A DNA stretch of 64,000 nucleotides from Auanema rhodensis (Eukaryota > Animalia > Nematoda), in the NCBI GenBank assembly GCA_964057225.1, contig OZ059899.1:9362001-9426000 (forward strand). The letters are read 5' to 3'. Under the pieces are notes generated by a model that saw nothing but the letters and a program-made list of their open reading frames with translations, was not told where the DNA came from and made no database searches. Shown piece by piece: positions 46,853 to 59,500 of the stretch. Position numbers and translations under genes: made by a program. The number at the start of each line of letters is the position of its first letter. Positions within the stretch are counted from its first letter, which is position 1.

Positions 46853-47799
46853 TAAATTTTTTTCATTTCACTTGTCATTCATAAAAATCGAATTTATTTT
46901 TTTCAATGATTTTTTTTGGCAATGTGTCATAAGAATTACACAGTTGAACAAAACGTTTTTTAAGAAGTTTTTTTGTTGTCAACATATATATTTTGCTGGA
47001 ATTCAAAAGCATTTGGGATGGAAATTAGAAAGAAAAGAACTAGTTTTTCCTACTTCAAAACAAACAATAAGAAATAAAATGGAAAAGATTGTTAGATATC
47101 CAATTCAAACTTATACATTTACTTCGATAAAGAGCCTATTAGATTGAAATTTTATGTCTTACAGTTCTCCAACAGAACAGACTGATCCTGATTTTTCTAC
47201 GATTACATAAAACTCTCGTTTGATATAAAAAAAGGAGAGGAACAACGTTTCCAGGATGTCAAGGATATCGAATCTAGTGATATTGTAGAAAAATGTAATG
47301 TCAGCTCCATAGGTTTTCCCCTAATTTCTCTCATCACAATTGTCTTAGTTTTTTTCTCATAAGAGTTTCTGAAATCTTAGGTGAACAAGGCCGTATAAAA
47401 TTTCCTGTAATTCGAAAGCATTTGGGATGGAATTTAGAAAGAAAAGAACTAGTTTTTCCTACTTTAAAACAAACAATAAGAAATAAAATGAAAAAGATTG
47501 TTAGATATCCAATTTAAACTTATACATTTACTTCGATAAAAAGCCTATTAGTTTGAAATTTTATGTCTTACAGTTCTCCAACAGAACAGACTGATCCTGA
47601 TTTTTCTACGATTACATAAAACTCTCGTTTGATATAAAAAAAAGAGAGGAATAACGTTTCCAGGATGTCAAGGATATCGAATCTAGTGATATTGTAGAAA
47701 AATGTAATGTCAGCTCCATAGGTTTTCTCCTAATTTCTCTCATCACAATTGTTTTAGTTTTTTTTTCTCATAAGAGTTTCTGAAATCTTAGTTGAACAA

Positions 47800-47872
47800 G
47801 GCCGCGTGGCGCAATGGATAACGCGTCTGCCTACGGAGCAGAAGATTGTAGGTTCGAATCCTGCCGTGGTCG
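47800..47872 (+). tRNA. tRNA-Arg(ACG), major type
   Basis: Same 73-mer. Confidence 0.93.
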
Positions 47873-48819
47873 TAAATTTTTTTCATTTCACTTGTCATTC
47901 ATAAAAATCGAATTTATTTTTTTCAATGATTTTTTTTTGCAATGTGTCATAAGAATTACACAGTTGAACAAAACGTTTTTTAAGAATTTTCTTTGTTGTC
48001 AACATATATATTTTCCTGGAATTCGAAAGCATTTGGGATGGAAATTAGAAAGAAAAGAACTAGTTTTTCCTACTTTAAAACAAACAATAAGAAATAAAAT
48101 GAAAAAGATTGTTAGATATCCAATTTAAACTTATACATTTACTTCGATAAAGAGCCTATTAGATTGAAATTTTATGTCTTACAGTTCTCCAACAGAACAG
48201 ACTGATCCTGATTTCTCTATGATTACATAAAACTCCCGTTTGATATAAAAAAAGGAGAGGAATAACGTTTCCAGGATGTCAAGGATAGCGAATCTAGTGA
48301 TATTGTAGAGAAATGTAATGTCAGCTCCATAGGTTTTCTCTTAATTTCTCTCATCACAATTGTCTTAGTTTTTTTCTCATAAGAGTTTCTGAAATCTTAG
48401 GTGAACAAGGCCGTATATAATTTCCTGTAATTCGAAAGCATTTGGGATGGAATTTAGAAAGAAAAGAACTAGTTTTTCCTACTTTAAAACAAACAATAAG
48501 AAATAAAATGAAAAAGATTGTTAGATATCCAATTTAAACTTATACATTTACTTCGATGAAGAGCCTGTTAGTTTGAAATTTTATGTCTTACAGTTCTCCA
48601 ACAGAACAGACTGATCCTGATTTTTCTACGATTACATAAAACTCTCGTTTGATATAAAAAAAGGAGAGGAATAACGTTTCCAGGATGTCAAGGATATCGA
48701 ATCTAGTGATATTGTAGAAAAATGTAATGTCAGCTCCACAGGTTTTCTCCTAATTTCTCTCATCACAATTGTCTTAGTTTTTTTTTCTCATAAGAGTTTC
48801 TGAAATCTTAGTTGAACAA

Positions 48820-48892
48820 GGCCGCGTGGCGCAATGGATAACGCGTCTACCTACGGAGCAGAAGATTGTAGGTTCGAATCCTGCCGTGGTCG
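48820..48892 (+). tRNA. tRNA-Arg(ACG) with G30A
   Basis: Anticodon-stem mismatch A30-C40. Confidence 0.78.
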
Positions 48893-49428
48893 TAAATTTT
48901 TTTCATTTCACTTGTCATTCATAAAAATCGAATTTATTTTTTTCAATGATTTTTTTTTGCAATGTGTCATAAGAATTTCACAGTTGAACAAAACGTTTTT
49001 TAAGAAGTTTTTTTGTTGTCAACATATATATTTTGCTGGAATTCAAAAGCATTTGGGATGGAAATTAGAAAGAAAAGAACTAGTTTTTCCTACTTTAAAA
49101 CAAACAATAAGAAATAAAATGAAAAAGATTGTTAGATATCCAATTTAAACTTATACATTTACTTCGATAAAGAGCCTATTAGTTTGAAATTTTATGTCTT
49201 ACAGTTCTCCAACAGAACAGACTGATCCTGATTTCTCTATGATTACATAAAACTCTCGTTTGATATAAAAAAAGGAGAGGAATAACGTTTCCAGGATGTC
49301 AAGGATATCGAATCTAGTGATATTGTAGAGAAATGTAATGTCAGCTTCATAGCTTTTCTCTTGATTTCTCTCATCACAATTGTCTTAGTTTTTTTCTCAT
49401 AAGAGTTTCTGAAATCTCAGTTAAACAA

Positions 49429-49501
49429 GGCCGCGTGGCGCAATGGATAACGCGTCTGCCTACGGAGCAGAAGATTGTAGGTTCGAATCCTGCCGTGGTC
49501 G
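49429..49501 (+). tRNA. tRNA-Arg(ACG), major type
   Basis: Same 73-mer. Confidence 0.93.
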
Positions 49502-50447
49502 TAAATTTTTTTTATTTCACTTGTCATTCATAAAAATCGAATTTATTTTTTTCAACGACTATTTTTGCAATGTGTCATAAGAATTTCACAGTTTAACAAA
49601 ACGTTTTTTAAGAAGTTTTTTTGTTGTCAACATATATATTTTGCTGGAATTCGAAAGCATTTGGGATGGAAATTAGAAAGAAAAGAACTAGTTTTTCCTA
49701 CTTTAAAACAAACAATAAGAAATAAAAAGAAAAAGATTGTTAGATATCCAATTTAAACTTATACATTTACTTCGATAAAGAGCCTATTAGATTGAAATTT
49801 TATGTCCTACAGTTCTCCAACAGAACAGACTGATCCTGATTTCTTTATGATTACATAAAACTCCCGTTTGATATAAAAAAAGGAGAGGAATAACGTTTCC
49901 AGGATGTCAAGGATATCGAATCTAGTGATATTGTAGAGAAATGTAATGTGAGCTCCATAGGTGTTCTCCTAATTTCTCTCATCACAATTGTCTTAGTTTT
50001 TTTTCTCATAAGAGTTTCTGAAATCTTAGGTGAACAAGGCCGTATATAATTTCCTGGAATTCGAAAGCATTTGGGATGGAATTTAGAAAGAAAAGAACTA
50101 GTTTTTCCTACTTTAAAACAAACAATAAGAAATAAAATGAAAAAGATTGTTAGATATCCAATTTAAACTTATACATTTACTTCGATGAAGAGCCTGTTAG
50201 TTTGAAATTTTATGTCTTACAGTTCTCCAACAGAACAGACTGATCCTGATTTTTCTACGATTACATAAAACTCTCGTTTGATATAAAAAAAGGAGAGGAA
50301 TAACGTTTCCAGGATGTCAAGGATATCGAATCTAGTGATATTGTAGAAAAATGTAATGTTAGCTCCACAGGTTTTCTCCTAATTTCTCTCATCACAATTG
50401 TCTTAGTTTTTTTTCTCATAAGAGTTTCTGAAATCTTTGTTGAACAA

Positions 50448-50520
50448 GGTCGCGTGGCGCAATGGATAACGCGTCTGCCTACGGAGCAGAAGATTATAGG
50501 TTCGAATCCCGCCGTGGTCG
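50448..50520 (+). tRNA. tRNA-Arg(ACG), variant B plus T63C (possible pseudogene)
   Basis: Two T-stem mismatches. Confidence 0.65.
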
Positions 50521-51465
50521 TAAATTTTTTTCATTTCACTTGTCATTTACAAAAATCGAATTTATCTTCTTCAACGATTATTTTTGCAATGTGTCATAAG
50601 AATTTCACAGTTGAACAAAACGTTTTTTAAGAAGTTTTTTTGTTGTCAACATATATATTTTGCTGGAATTCAAAAGCATTTGGGATGGAAATTAGAAAGA
50701 AAAGAACTAGTTTTTCCTACTTTAAAACAAACAATAAGAAATAAAATGAAAAAGATTGTTAGATATCCAATTTAAACTTATACATTTACTTCGATAAAGA
50801 GCCTATTAGATTGAAATTTTATGTCTTACAGTTCTCCAACAGAACAGACTGATCCTGATTTTTCTACGATTACATAAAACTCTCGTTTAATATAAAAAAA
50901 GGAGAGGAACAAGGTTTCCAGGATGTCAAGGATATCGAATCTAGTGATATTGTAGAAAAATGTAATGTCAGCTCCATAGGTTTTCTCCTAATTTCTCTCA
51001 TCACAATTGTCTTAGTTTTTTTCTCATAAGAGTTTCTGAAATCTTAGGTGAACAAGGCCGTATAAAATTTCCTGTAATTCGAAAGCATTTGGGATGGAAT
51101 TTAGAAAGAAAAGAACTAGTTTTTCCTACTTTAAAACAAACAATAAAAAATAAAATGAAAAAGATTGTTAGATATCCAATTTAAACTTATACATTTACTT
51201 CGATAAGAAGCCTATTAGTTTGAAATTTTATGTCTTACAGTTCTCCAACAGAACAGACTGATCCTGATTTTTCTACGATTACATAAAACTCTCGTTTGAT
51301 ATAAAAAAAGGAGAGGAATAACGTTTCCAGGATGTCAAGGATATCGAATCTAGTGATATTGTAGAAAAATGTAATGTCAGCTCCATAGGTTTTCTCCTAA
51401 TTTCTCTCATCACAATTGTCTTAGTTTTTTTTCTCATAAGAGTTTCTGAAATCTTAGTTGAACAA

Positions 51466-51538
51466 GGCCGCGTGGCGCAATGGATAACGCGTCTGCCTAC
51501 GGAGCAGAAGATTGTAGGTTCGAATCCTGCCGTGGTCG
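51466..51538 (+). tRNA. tRNA-Arg(ACG), major type
   Basis: Same 73-mer. Confidence 0.93.
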
Positions 51539-52074
51539 TAAATTTTTTTCATTTCACTTGTCATTCATAAAAATCGAATTTATTTTTTTCAATGATTTTT
51601 TTTTGCAATGTGTCATAAGAATTACACAGTTGAACAAAACGTTTTTTAAGAAGTTTTTTTGTTGTCAACATATATATTTTGCTGGAATTCAAAAGCATTT
51701 GGGATGGAAATTAGAAAGAAAAGAACTAGTTTTTCCTACTTTAAAACAAACAATAAGAAATAAAATGAAAAAGATTGTTAGATATCCAATTTAAACTTAT
51801 ACATTTACTTCGATAAAGAGCCTATTAGTTTGAAATTTTATGTCTTACAGTTCTCCAACAGAACAGACTGATCCTGATTTCTCTATGATTACATAAAACT
51901 CTCGTTTGATATAAAAAAAGGAGAGGAATAACGTTTCCAGGATGTCAAGGATATCGAATCTAGTGATATTGTAGAGAAATGTAATGTCAGCTTCATAGCT
52001 TTTCTCTTGATTTTTCTCATCACAATTGTCTTAGTTTTTTTCTCATAAGAGTTTCTGAAATCTCAGTTAAACAA

Positions 52075-52147
52075 GGCCGCGTGGCGCAATGGATAACGCG
52101 TCTGCCTACGGAGCAGAAGATTGTAGGTTCGAATCCTGCCGTGGTCG
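52075..52147 (+). tRNA. tRNA-Arg(ACG), major type
   Basis: Same 73-mer. Confidence 0.93.
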
Positions 52148-52683
52148 TAAATTTTTTTTATTTCACTTGTCATTCATAAAAATCGAATTTATTTTTTTCA
52201 ATGATTTTTTTTTGCAATGTGTCATAAGAATTTCACAGTTGAACAAAACGTTTTTTAAGAAGTTTTTTTGTTGTCAACATATATATTTTGCAGGAATTCA
52301 AAAGCATTTGGGATGGAAATTAGAAAGAAAAGAACTAGTTTTTCCTACTTTAAAACAAACAATAAGAAATAAAATGAAAAAGATTGTTAGATATCCAATT
52401 TAAACTTATACATTTACTTCGATAAAGAGCCTATTAGTTTGAAATTTTATGTCTTACAGTTCTCCAACAGAACAGACTGATCCTGATTTCTCTATGATTA
52501 CATAAAACTCTCGTTTGATATAAAAAAAGGAGAGGAATAACGTTTCCAGGATGTCAAGGATATCGAATCTAGTGATATTGTAGAGAAATGTAATGTCAGC
52601 TTCATAGCTTTTCTCTTGATTTCTCTCATCACAATTGTCTTAGTTTTTTTCTCATAAGAGTTTCTGAAATCTCAGTTAAACAA

Positions 52684-52756
52684 GGCCGCGTGGCGCAATG
52701 GATAACGCGTCTGCCTACGGAGCAGAAGATTGTAGGTTCGAATCCTGCCGTGGTCG
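52684..52756 (+). tRNA. tRNA-Arg(ACG), major type
   Basis: Same 73-mer. Confidence 0.93.
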
Positions 52757-53702
52757 TAAATTTTTTTTATTTCACTTGTCATTCATAAAAATCGAATTTA
52801 TTTTTTTCAACGACTATTTTTGCAATGTGTCATAAGAATTTCACAGTTTAACAAAACGTTTTTTAAGAAGTTTTTTTGTTGTCAACATATATATTTTGCT
52901 GGAATTCGAAAGCATTTGGGATGGAAATTAGAAAGAAAAGAACTAGTTTTTCCTACTTTAAAACAAACAATAAGAAATAAAATGAAAAAGATTGTTAGAT
53001 ATCCAATTTAAACTTATACATTTACTTCGATAAAGAGCCTATTAGATTGAAATTTTATGTCCTACAGTTCTCCAACAGAACAGACTGATCCTGATTTCTC
53101 TATGATTACATAAAACTCCCGTTTGATATAAAAAAAGGAGAGGAATAACGTTTCCAGGATGTCAAGGATATCGAATCTAGTGATATTGTAGAGAAATGTA
53201 ATGTGAGCTCCATAGGTTTTCTCCTAATTTCTCTCATCACAATTGTCTTAGTTTTTTTTCTCATAAGAGTTTCTGAAATCTTAGGTGAACAAGGCCGTAT
53301 ATAATTTCCTGGAATTCGAAAGCATTTGGGATGGAATTTAGAAAGAAAAGAACTAGTTTTTCCTACTTTAAAACAAACAATAAGAAATAAAATGAAAAAG
53401 ATTGTTAGATATCCAATTTAAACTTATACATTTACTTCAATAAAGAGCCTATTAGTTTGAAATTTTATGTCTTACAGTTCTCCAACAGAACAGACTGATC
53501 CTGATTTCTCTATGATTACATAAAACTCCCGTTTGATATGAAAAAAGGAGAGGAACAAGGTTTCCAGGATGTCAAGGATATTGAATCTAGTGATATTGTA
53601 GAAAAATGTAATGTCAGCTCCATAGGTTTTCTCTTAATTTCTCTCATCACAATTGTCTTAGTTTTTTTTCTCATAAGAGTTTCTGAAATCTTTGTTGAAC
53701 AA

Positions 53703-53775
53703 GGTCGCGTGGCGCAATGGATAACGCGTCTGCCTACGGAGCAGAAGATTATAGGTTCGAATCCTGCCGTGGTCG
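53703..53775 (+). tRNA. tRNA-Arg(ACG), variant B
   Basis: C3T, G49A copy. Confidence 0.8.
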
Positions 53776-54719
53776 TAAATTTTTTTCATTTCACTTGTCA
53801 TTTACAAAAATCGAATTTATCTTCTTCAACGATTATTTTTGCAATGTGTCATAAGAATTTCACAGTTGAACAAAACGTTTTTTAAGAAGTTTTTTTGTTG
53901 TCAACATATATATTTTGCTGGAATTCAAAAGCATTTGGGATGGAAATTAGAAAGAAAAGAACTAGTTTTTCCTACTTTAAAACAAACAATAAGAAATAAA
54001 ATGAAAAAGATTGTTAGATATCCAATTTAAACTTATACATTTACTTCGATAAAGAGCCTATTAGATTGAAATTTTATGTCTTACAGTTCTCCAACAGAAC
54101 AGACTGATCCTGATTTTTCTACGATTACATAAAACTCTCGTTTAATATAAAAAAAGGAGAGGAACAAGGTTTCCAGGATGTCAAGGATATCGAATCTAGT
54201 GATATTGTAGAAAAATGTAATGTCAGCTCCATAGGTTTTCTCCTAATTTCTCTCATCACAATTGTCTTAGTTTTTTTCTCATAAGAGTTTCTGAAATCTT
54301 AGGTGAACAAGGCCGTATAAAATTTCCTGTAATTCGAAAGCATTTGGGATGGAATTTAGAAAGAAAAGAACTAGTTTTTCCTACTTTAAAACAAACAATA
54401 AAAAATAAAATGAAAAAGATTGTTAGATATCCAATTTAAACTTATACATTTACTTCGATAAAGAGCCTATTAGTTTGAAATTTTATGTCTTACAGTTCTC
54501 CAACAGAACAGACTGATCCTGATTTCTCTATGATTACATAAAACTCTCGTTTGATATAAAAAAAGGAGAGGAATAACGTTTCCAGGATGTCAAGGATATC
54601 GAATCTAGTGATATTGTAGAGAAATGTAATGTCAGCTTCATAGCTTTTCTCTTGATTTTTCTCATCACAATTGTCTTAGTTTTTTTCTCATAAGAGTTTC
54701 TGAAATCTCAGTTAAACAA

Positions 54720-54792
54720 GGCCGCGTGGCGCAATGGATAACGCGTCTGCCTACGGAGCAGAAGATTGTAGGTTCGAATCCTGCCGTGGTCG
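54720..54792 (+). tRNA. tRNA-Arg(ACG), major type
   Basis: Same 73-mer. Confidence 0.93.
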
Positions 54793-54996
54793 TAAATTTT
54801 TTTTATTTCACTTGTCATTCATAAAAATCGAATTTATTTTTTTCAATGATTTTTTTTTGCAATGTGTCATAAGAATTTCACAGTTGAACAAAACGTTTTT
54901 TAAGAAGTTTTTTTGTTGTCAACATATATATTTTGCTGGAATTCAAAAGCATTTGGGATGGAAATTAGAAAGAAAAGAACTAGTTTTTCCTACTTT

Positions 54997-55377
54997 TGTC
55001 ACATCTGCAAGCACATGGTAAACATGTGCGCGCTATTCAAATAGCGGGAGCCTGAACAAGCCCCGCCCACAACATGGGACACACATGGCACTCTTGCTTC
55101 TGGCCTAACCCAGATAGGTTGTCTTATAGTCATGTGAGTCTCATCTCTATATCATCTATATATATACTCTATTTAATACTTTATTAGATCTCTTTATATT
55201 CTTTCTTAATGTAATTCTTATATTGTATTTTCTTGTTATCTGATAATGAATCCTTTTCTCTTTAAGTATTTGTCTTAATAAGGAAATCGGGGCGTTCGGG
55301 TCTGCCTACCTAAGGAACAAGGTAGAAGTACATATATCTTCCGACCATGAAAAGACGGGAAGAAACAATATGTAACG
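54997..55377 (+). repeat. 5' LTR of Gypsy copy 2 (381 bp)
   Basis: TGTCACATC...ATGTAACG; about 6-7 substitutions versus the copy-1 LTRs. Confidence 0.95.
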
Positions 55378-55390
55378 TGGAGGTTCCACC
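55378..55390 (+). promoter_or_regulatory. Primer-binding site (tRNA-Gln), copy 2
   Basis: TGGAGGTTCCACC immediately after the LTR. Confidence 0.88.
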
Positions 55391-56530
55391 TTGCTTACTT
55401 TACTGTTAATTTATTGACAGCAAGTTTACGAGACTTTTGGACTTAATTACCCAACAGTGAGGAGTAACCGAGCCGTGCACCATGATTTCCCCAAAAATTA
55501 TTTTGGCTACCACTTCTCCTCCGCTCAACGAAAACTGGGAGGTGTCTGAGACGTTTGGGGAAACTATCAGACAATAGTTTTGACGAGCGTTACCTTTTTG
55601 TTATGCACGCGCGTGCTATTTTGATTCATTACTTTATGATGTGAATGTCCAGTGTGGCAACAGAGCTCACTTTTTAGCTGAGTTGTTTGGAAGCTGGAGG
55701 CTGTTGGGATAATTTTATTTACGATTTTTTGATTTTGATTCACATCCAAGGGTTCATCAGGGTTCTACTCCTGTTAACTCTTTTCTTATTAGTTCAGAGA
55801 TAATAAGAATATTTAAATTCCTACCCACCCAAGTCCACTCTACGTCTGCCAACGTTTCCTTTTTCCTATATTATTGACAGATTACTGAATTTAAATTCCT
55901 ATATCAATCTTAAATTACCTTCTAAATCTTTTGAAATTAAATTAAAAATTATCTTAATTAAGATTTATTTTGAAATTCTTTCTACAAATCTTAATAAACT
56001 TTATAAAATTGAACTTAATATACGAGATGAGACATTTTTGTTTACTTTAAGCTTACTCACATTCAAATAGTTGGCCCACGCGTACCAGCTGTTCGATATG
56101 TGTAGTCAATAACAGCTGTTAAAATTCAAAAGTTTTCAAACAGGCTTAAGGCACCATCTGTGATTCCTTATTTGTCTCTAAGCTGACATAAGTGATTATA
56201 ATATTCAAATATCACGACAGACGGTCAATGGTTGTTTACCATAAGCGCTAACATCTGGTGTCGTGACACATGGCTGGAGGCGGAGCTTGAAGCTTCAACG
56301 ATCCTCCTTCATCAGACGCCATTGTCACAAACGTTTTTACTGGAGTCTAGTTGCTTCCAGTACGCGCTCTTATATTCATCTAACTGTATTCACCAGCCAC
56401 CCTGTCGGACTCGGACATCAGCGAGGAAAACAAAGATCAGGAACAAGGATCACCAGAGGTACGCCAAGTTTTTGAATTTAATTCTAAAAACTTAAATACT
56501 CCATCCACCTACCTCTCTCCTTTTGAATTT

Positions 56531-59500
56531 TTGAGAGAAGAAGGTGATTCCTCTTCTTCTTCTCACTCTTCTTCTCTAACAATTAGAACGAGAAGTAAAA
56601 GCAGAAAGGCCATCACTGAGGAAACACCTCGGGCACCTACTACAGTACGAAATAGATCACCAAGTCGGTGGGCCGCTGCTATAACTAAAGCTTTTGAAAG
56701 AAAAATGACTCCTACCTCTCCATCTCCTAATTCTAATGTTGCTCCACCCTCTAGAAATATGGCAACTATTTTGAATTGCCATCTCTGTCCCAGGTATGAC
56801 GGCTCTCGTAGCTTTCGTTCTTTTGTTGAATCTTTAAATAGATTTTTTAATGTTATGAATCTAAGTTTACCTGAGAGACTATTAATTTTACCTCTTCTTT
56901 TGGAATCAAATGAAACAGCTCTCTCCTTGTATAATAGTATTCCTAGTGGCATAAGAACTAATGGCCCATGGATTGTTTTGATGGATCAGCTCACTGAGCT
57001 TTTAGCGCCTAAAACAGATAAAAATTTCACCATAGCGCTTATTCATCGAATACAACAAGGAGATAAATCTGTTCTCGATTTTAGTATGGAATTAGAGAGA
57101 ATGGCAAGCACCATAATGTCACCAATGGATCCCGAGCGGGAACCAATGTTGAAAACGGCATTTTTAAATGGTTTAAAAGAGGAACTGGGTATTGCGGTTT
57201 TAACTAAAAACCCCGCCACTTATGAACAAGCTAAGAAATTAGCTAGGTTTGAAGAAGGCGTTCGGAATAGCTTCATGAAAAGAAATGAAGACACCAGCAC
57301 CTTGAAGGAGCTCATAAATGCTTTACAACATAAATTAAGCTTTAGTGAAGAAAGAGAAAGAAGTAGGAATAATAATAATAATAAAAATTATAAAAATAAT
57401 AAAAATAATAAAAAAAATAATAACTGGACTCAGCACAATAATGGCTCTAATGATTATGAGCGAGAGAGAGAGCGACCTTCTGCCGTACGTTATAATAATA
57501 ATAACTCGCAGAACGGGAATATGAATAGGCGTCCTAACCCGGGAAACCGCCCATTTGCCAATGGCAAAAATGCCAATAGCTCGTCTTGGAACCCTAGGCC
57601 TAGTTCCCCAAGAAGACAAAGACCATCAGCCAATGGGAATGGTAACTCAAGGGTATACAGCGTAGCGACCCCATTCATGCCACCGGTCACGTTGTGCCTG
57701 ACTTTATTGGCACTCTCATGCCTTCCCTTTGGGTCGGCAAAATATCAGATTTGCGCTCAATCTGAAGGGGGTATATTAGTAACACCTCCTGTGGTCACAG
57801 GCTGCCATAAGGCAGAAATTGAAAAGGCTCACAGTGTTGAGGTAGAAATATATCTACCAAAGGCTGAGATAGAGTCATGGGAAGCATGGAAATGCTATGT
57901 GAAAAAGTATAAAAGCTGTGTGAGAGATTTCATGTTTTTGAGAGATCGTAACACCACATTCTCTCATATTGAAACAGTAGATAAGAAAGATTGTGTTCGA
58001 GCACATAGAAATCGTATGTGGAATGATAAAATCATGAATGCCCAACAGCATTCAGTTTTTGAAACACCATTAAACGAGCATAATCCAACTCGCTCTTGGT
58101 CCACTGAAGAATGTGTAGAAATTGAACAATTTGTATTGAAGCGAGGGATAATAACTAGATTGAAAGAAGATCACATTGTATCAGACTTATTTATAAATAC
58201 TGATAATTGTAAAGGAAATGAAGGGTTTTGTGCAACTGGTGAAGGTGCAGTTATCTGGCAACCACCTATCCCATCAGTTGTCTGTCACTATCAAAAACTT
58301 GGCCCCTTCTCCGCCATGTTGGGTGATCATATTCTTCTAGTTCACTCTATTGAAAGCGCTTTTGTTCTCCAAAATCATTCCACATCCGCTCACGTTCAAT
58401 CTTGTTTCGAATTCGCTGTTTTTGAATCATCCTCTGAGGCAATTATCCGATTCACAGCATATCCCCGTGTTTATAATTTGCTTGATCTTTCCAATACTTT
58501 GCTTAATGCTGATAGACGCAGAAATAAACGTAATGCATTACCTCAAAAACATCGCTCTTTCAGTGATGATTATCTTTTTGTTAATGCGAAATCCCAACCA
58601 TATGCGTTTCCATTTCTAAGACCTACTTTCATTTTTGGATCTGCATCTATCACTAAGTTTTACGCAAAATATATGAGATATGCAGCTACATCATCTTATG
58701 AGAGTTTGCTCCAATTCGCGATAGATAATCCACTGTTCATTGACACAATTGTTAGTTTAGGATTGACAAAAGATCACATAACTAACTGGGCAAAGTCTAA
58801 TAATTTCAAAGATCCCAATCTTTTGATTTTACAATGTGTGGGTATAGAGGAAATTAAACTGGCTACTAGACAGGTGATTAATAGCATGAAATTGGATGAT
58901 CTTATCACTCAAGTAGCTCGTCGTATAGAAGTTCCTCGGTTAAAAAGATCTTTGATGAAATCTACAACATCCATAGAAGATTTCTTTCGAGGGATGGCCA
59001 CGCAGTAGTATATCAAGCCACAATTCTTGATGGTACACAAACAGTTCCATCAATCGAACAGTTGGCAAGAGCCTTATATCCATCTATATTACCACGCAGT
59101 GGAAATATGAATCAATCTGAAATTATTGCAACTGCTCAAGGCATGTTATTCATGATCCAACAACAATCGGGAAAAGAACAAATATCTCGTGACATGCAAG
59201 TCAGTCGACAACAAAAAGCTGATGCTACTGTTAGAAATAACCAAGAGCAAGATTTAGCAATTATATCCAAGCTGCCTGACTATCACAACCTTTATACAAA
59301 GAATAGTACAGCATATTATGGATTTCCTCCACAGTCCATCGAATACCCACAGGAAAATCCTAAATTCAATAAAACAGAAGTTTTAGAATTCATAAGTTGG
59401 GTTAAAACTCAAATCACAACTGATAAAAATATGGTACAGCATACTACTGTAACCCCAATAACTTCCACCAAAACTACAATTCGTAGTTTAACAACTCCTA

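Larger units (their letters stand above)
16389..54996 (+). repeat. tRNA-Arg(ACG) tandem array, main segment (40 long and ~35 short units)
   Basis: Same two unit types; continues in register after the Gypsy insertion (CTCC|AACAGAAC) and is cut by the second Gypsy copy at ...CCTACTTT|TGTCACA. Confidence 0.95.

Noticed and set aside
2136-54996. CRISPR-like array interpretation of the regular repeats
   Set aside because: Spacers are themselves repeated, units are 409/610 bp, there are no cas genes and the context is eukaryotic.
2223-55021. Dozens of repeated 60-117 aa ORFs (MDNASAYGAEDCRFESCRGRK..., MQCVIR...)
   Set aside because: They are translations through the tRNA gene and its AT-rich spacer; the frame varies with oligo-T length between copies, so they are not protein genes.
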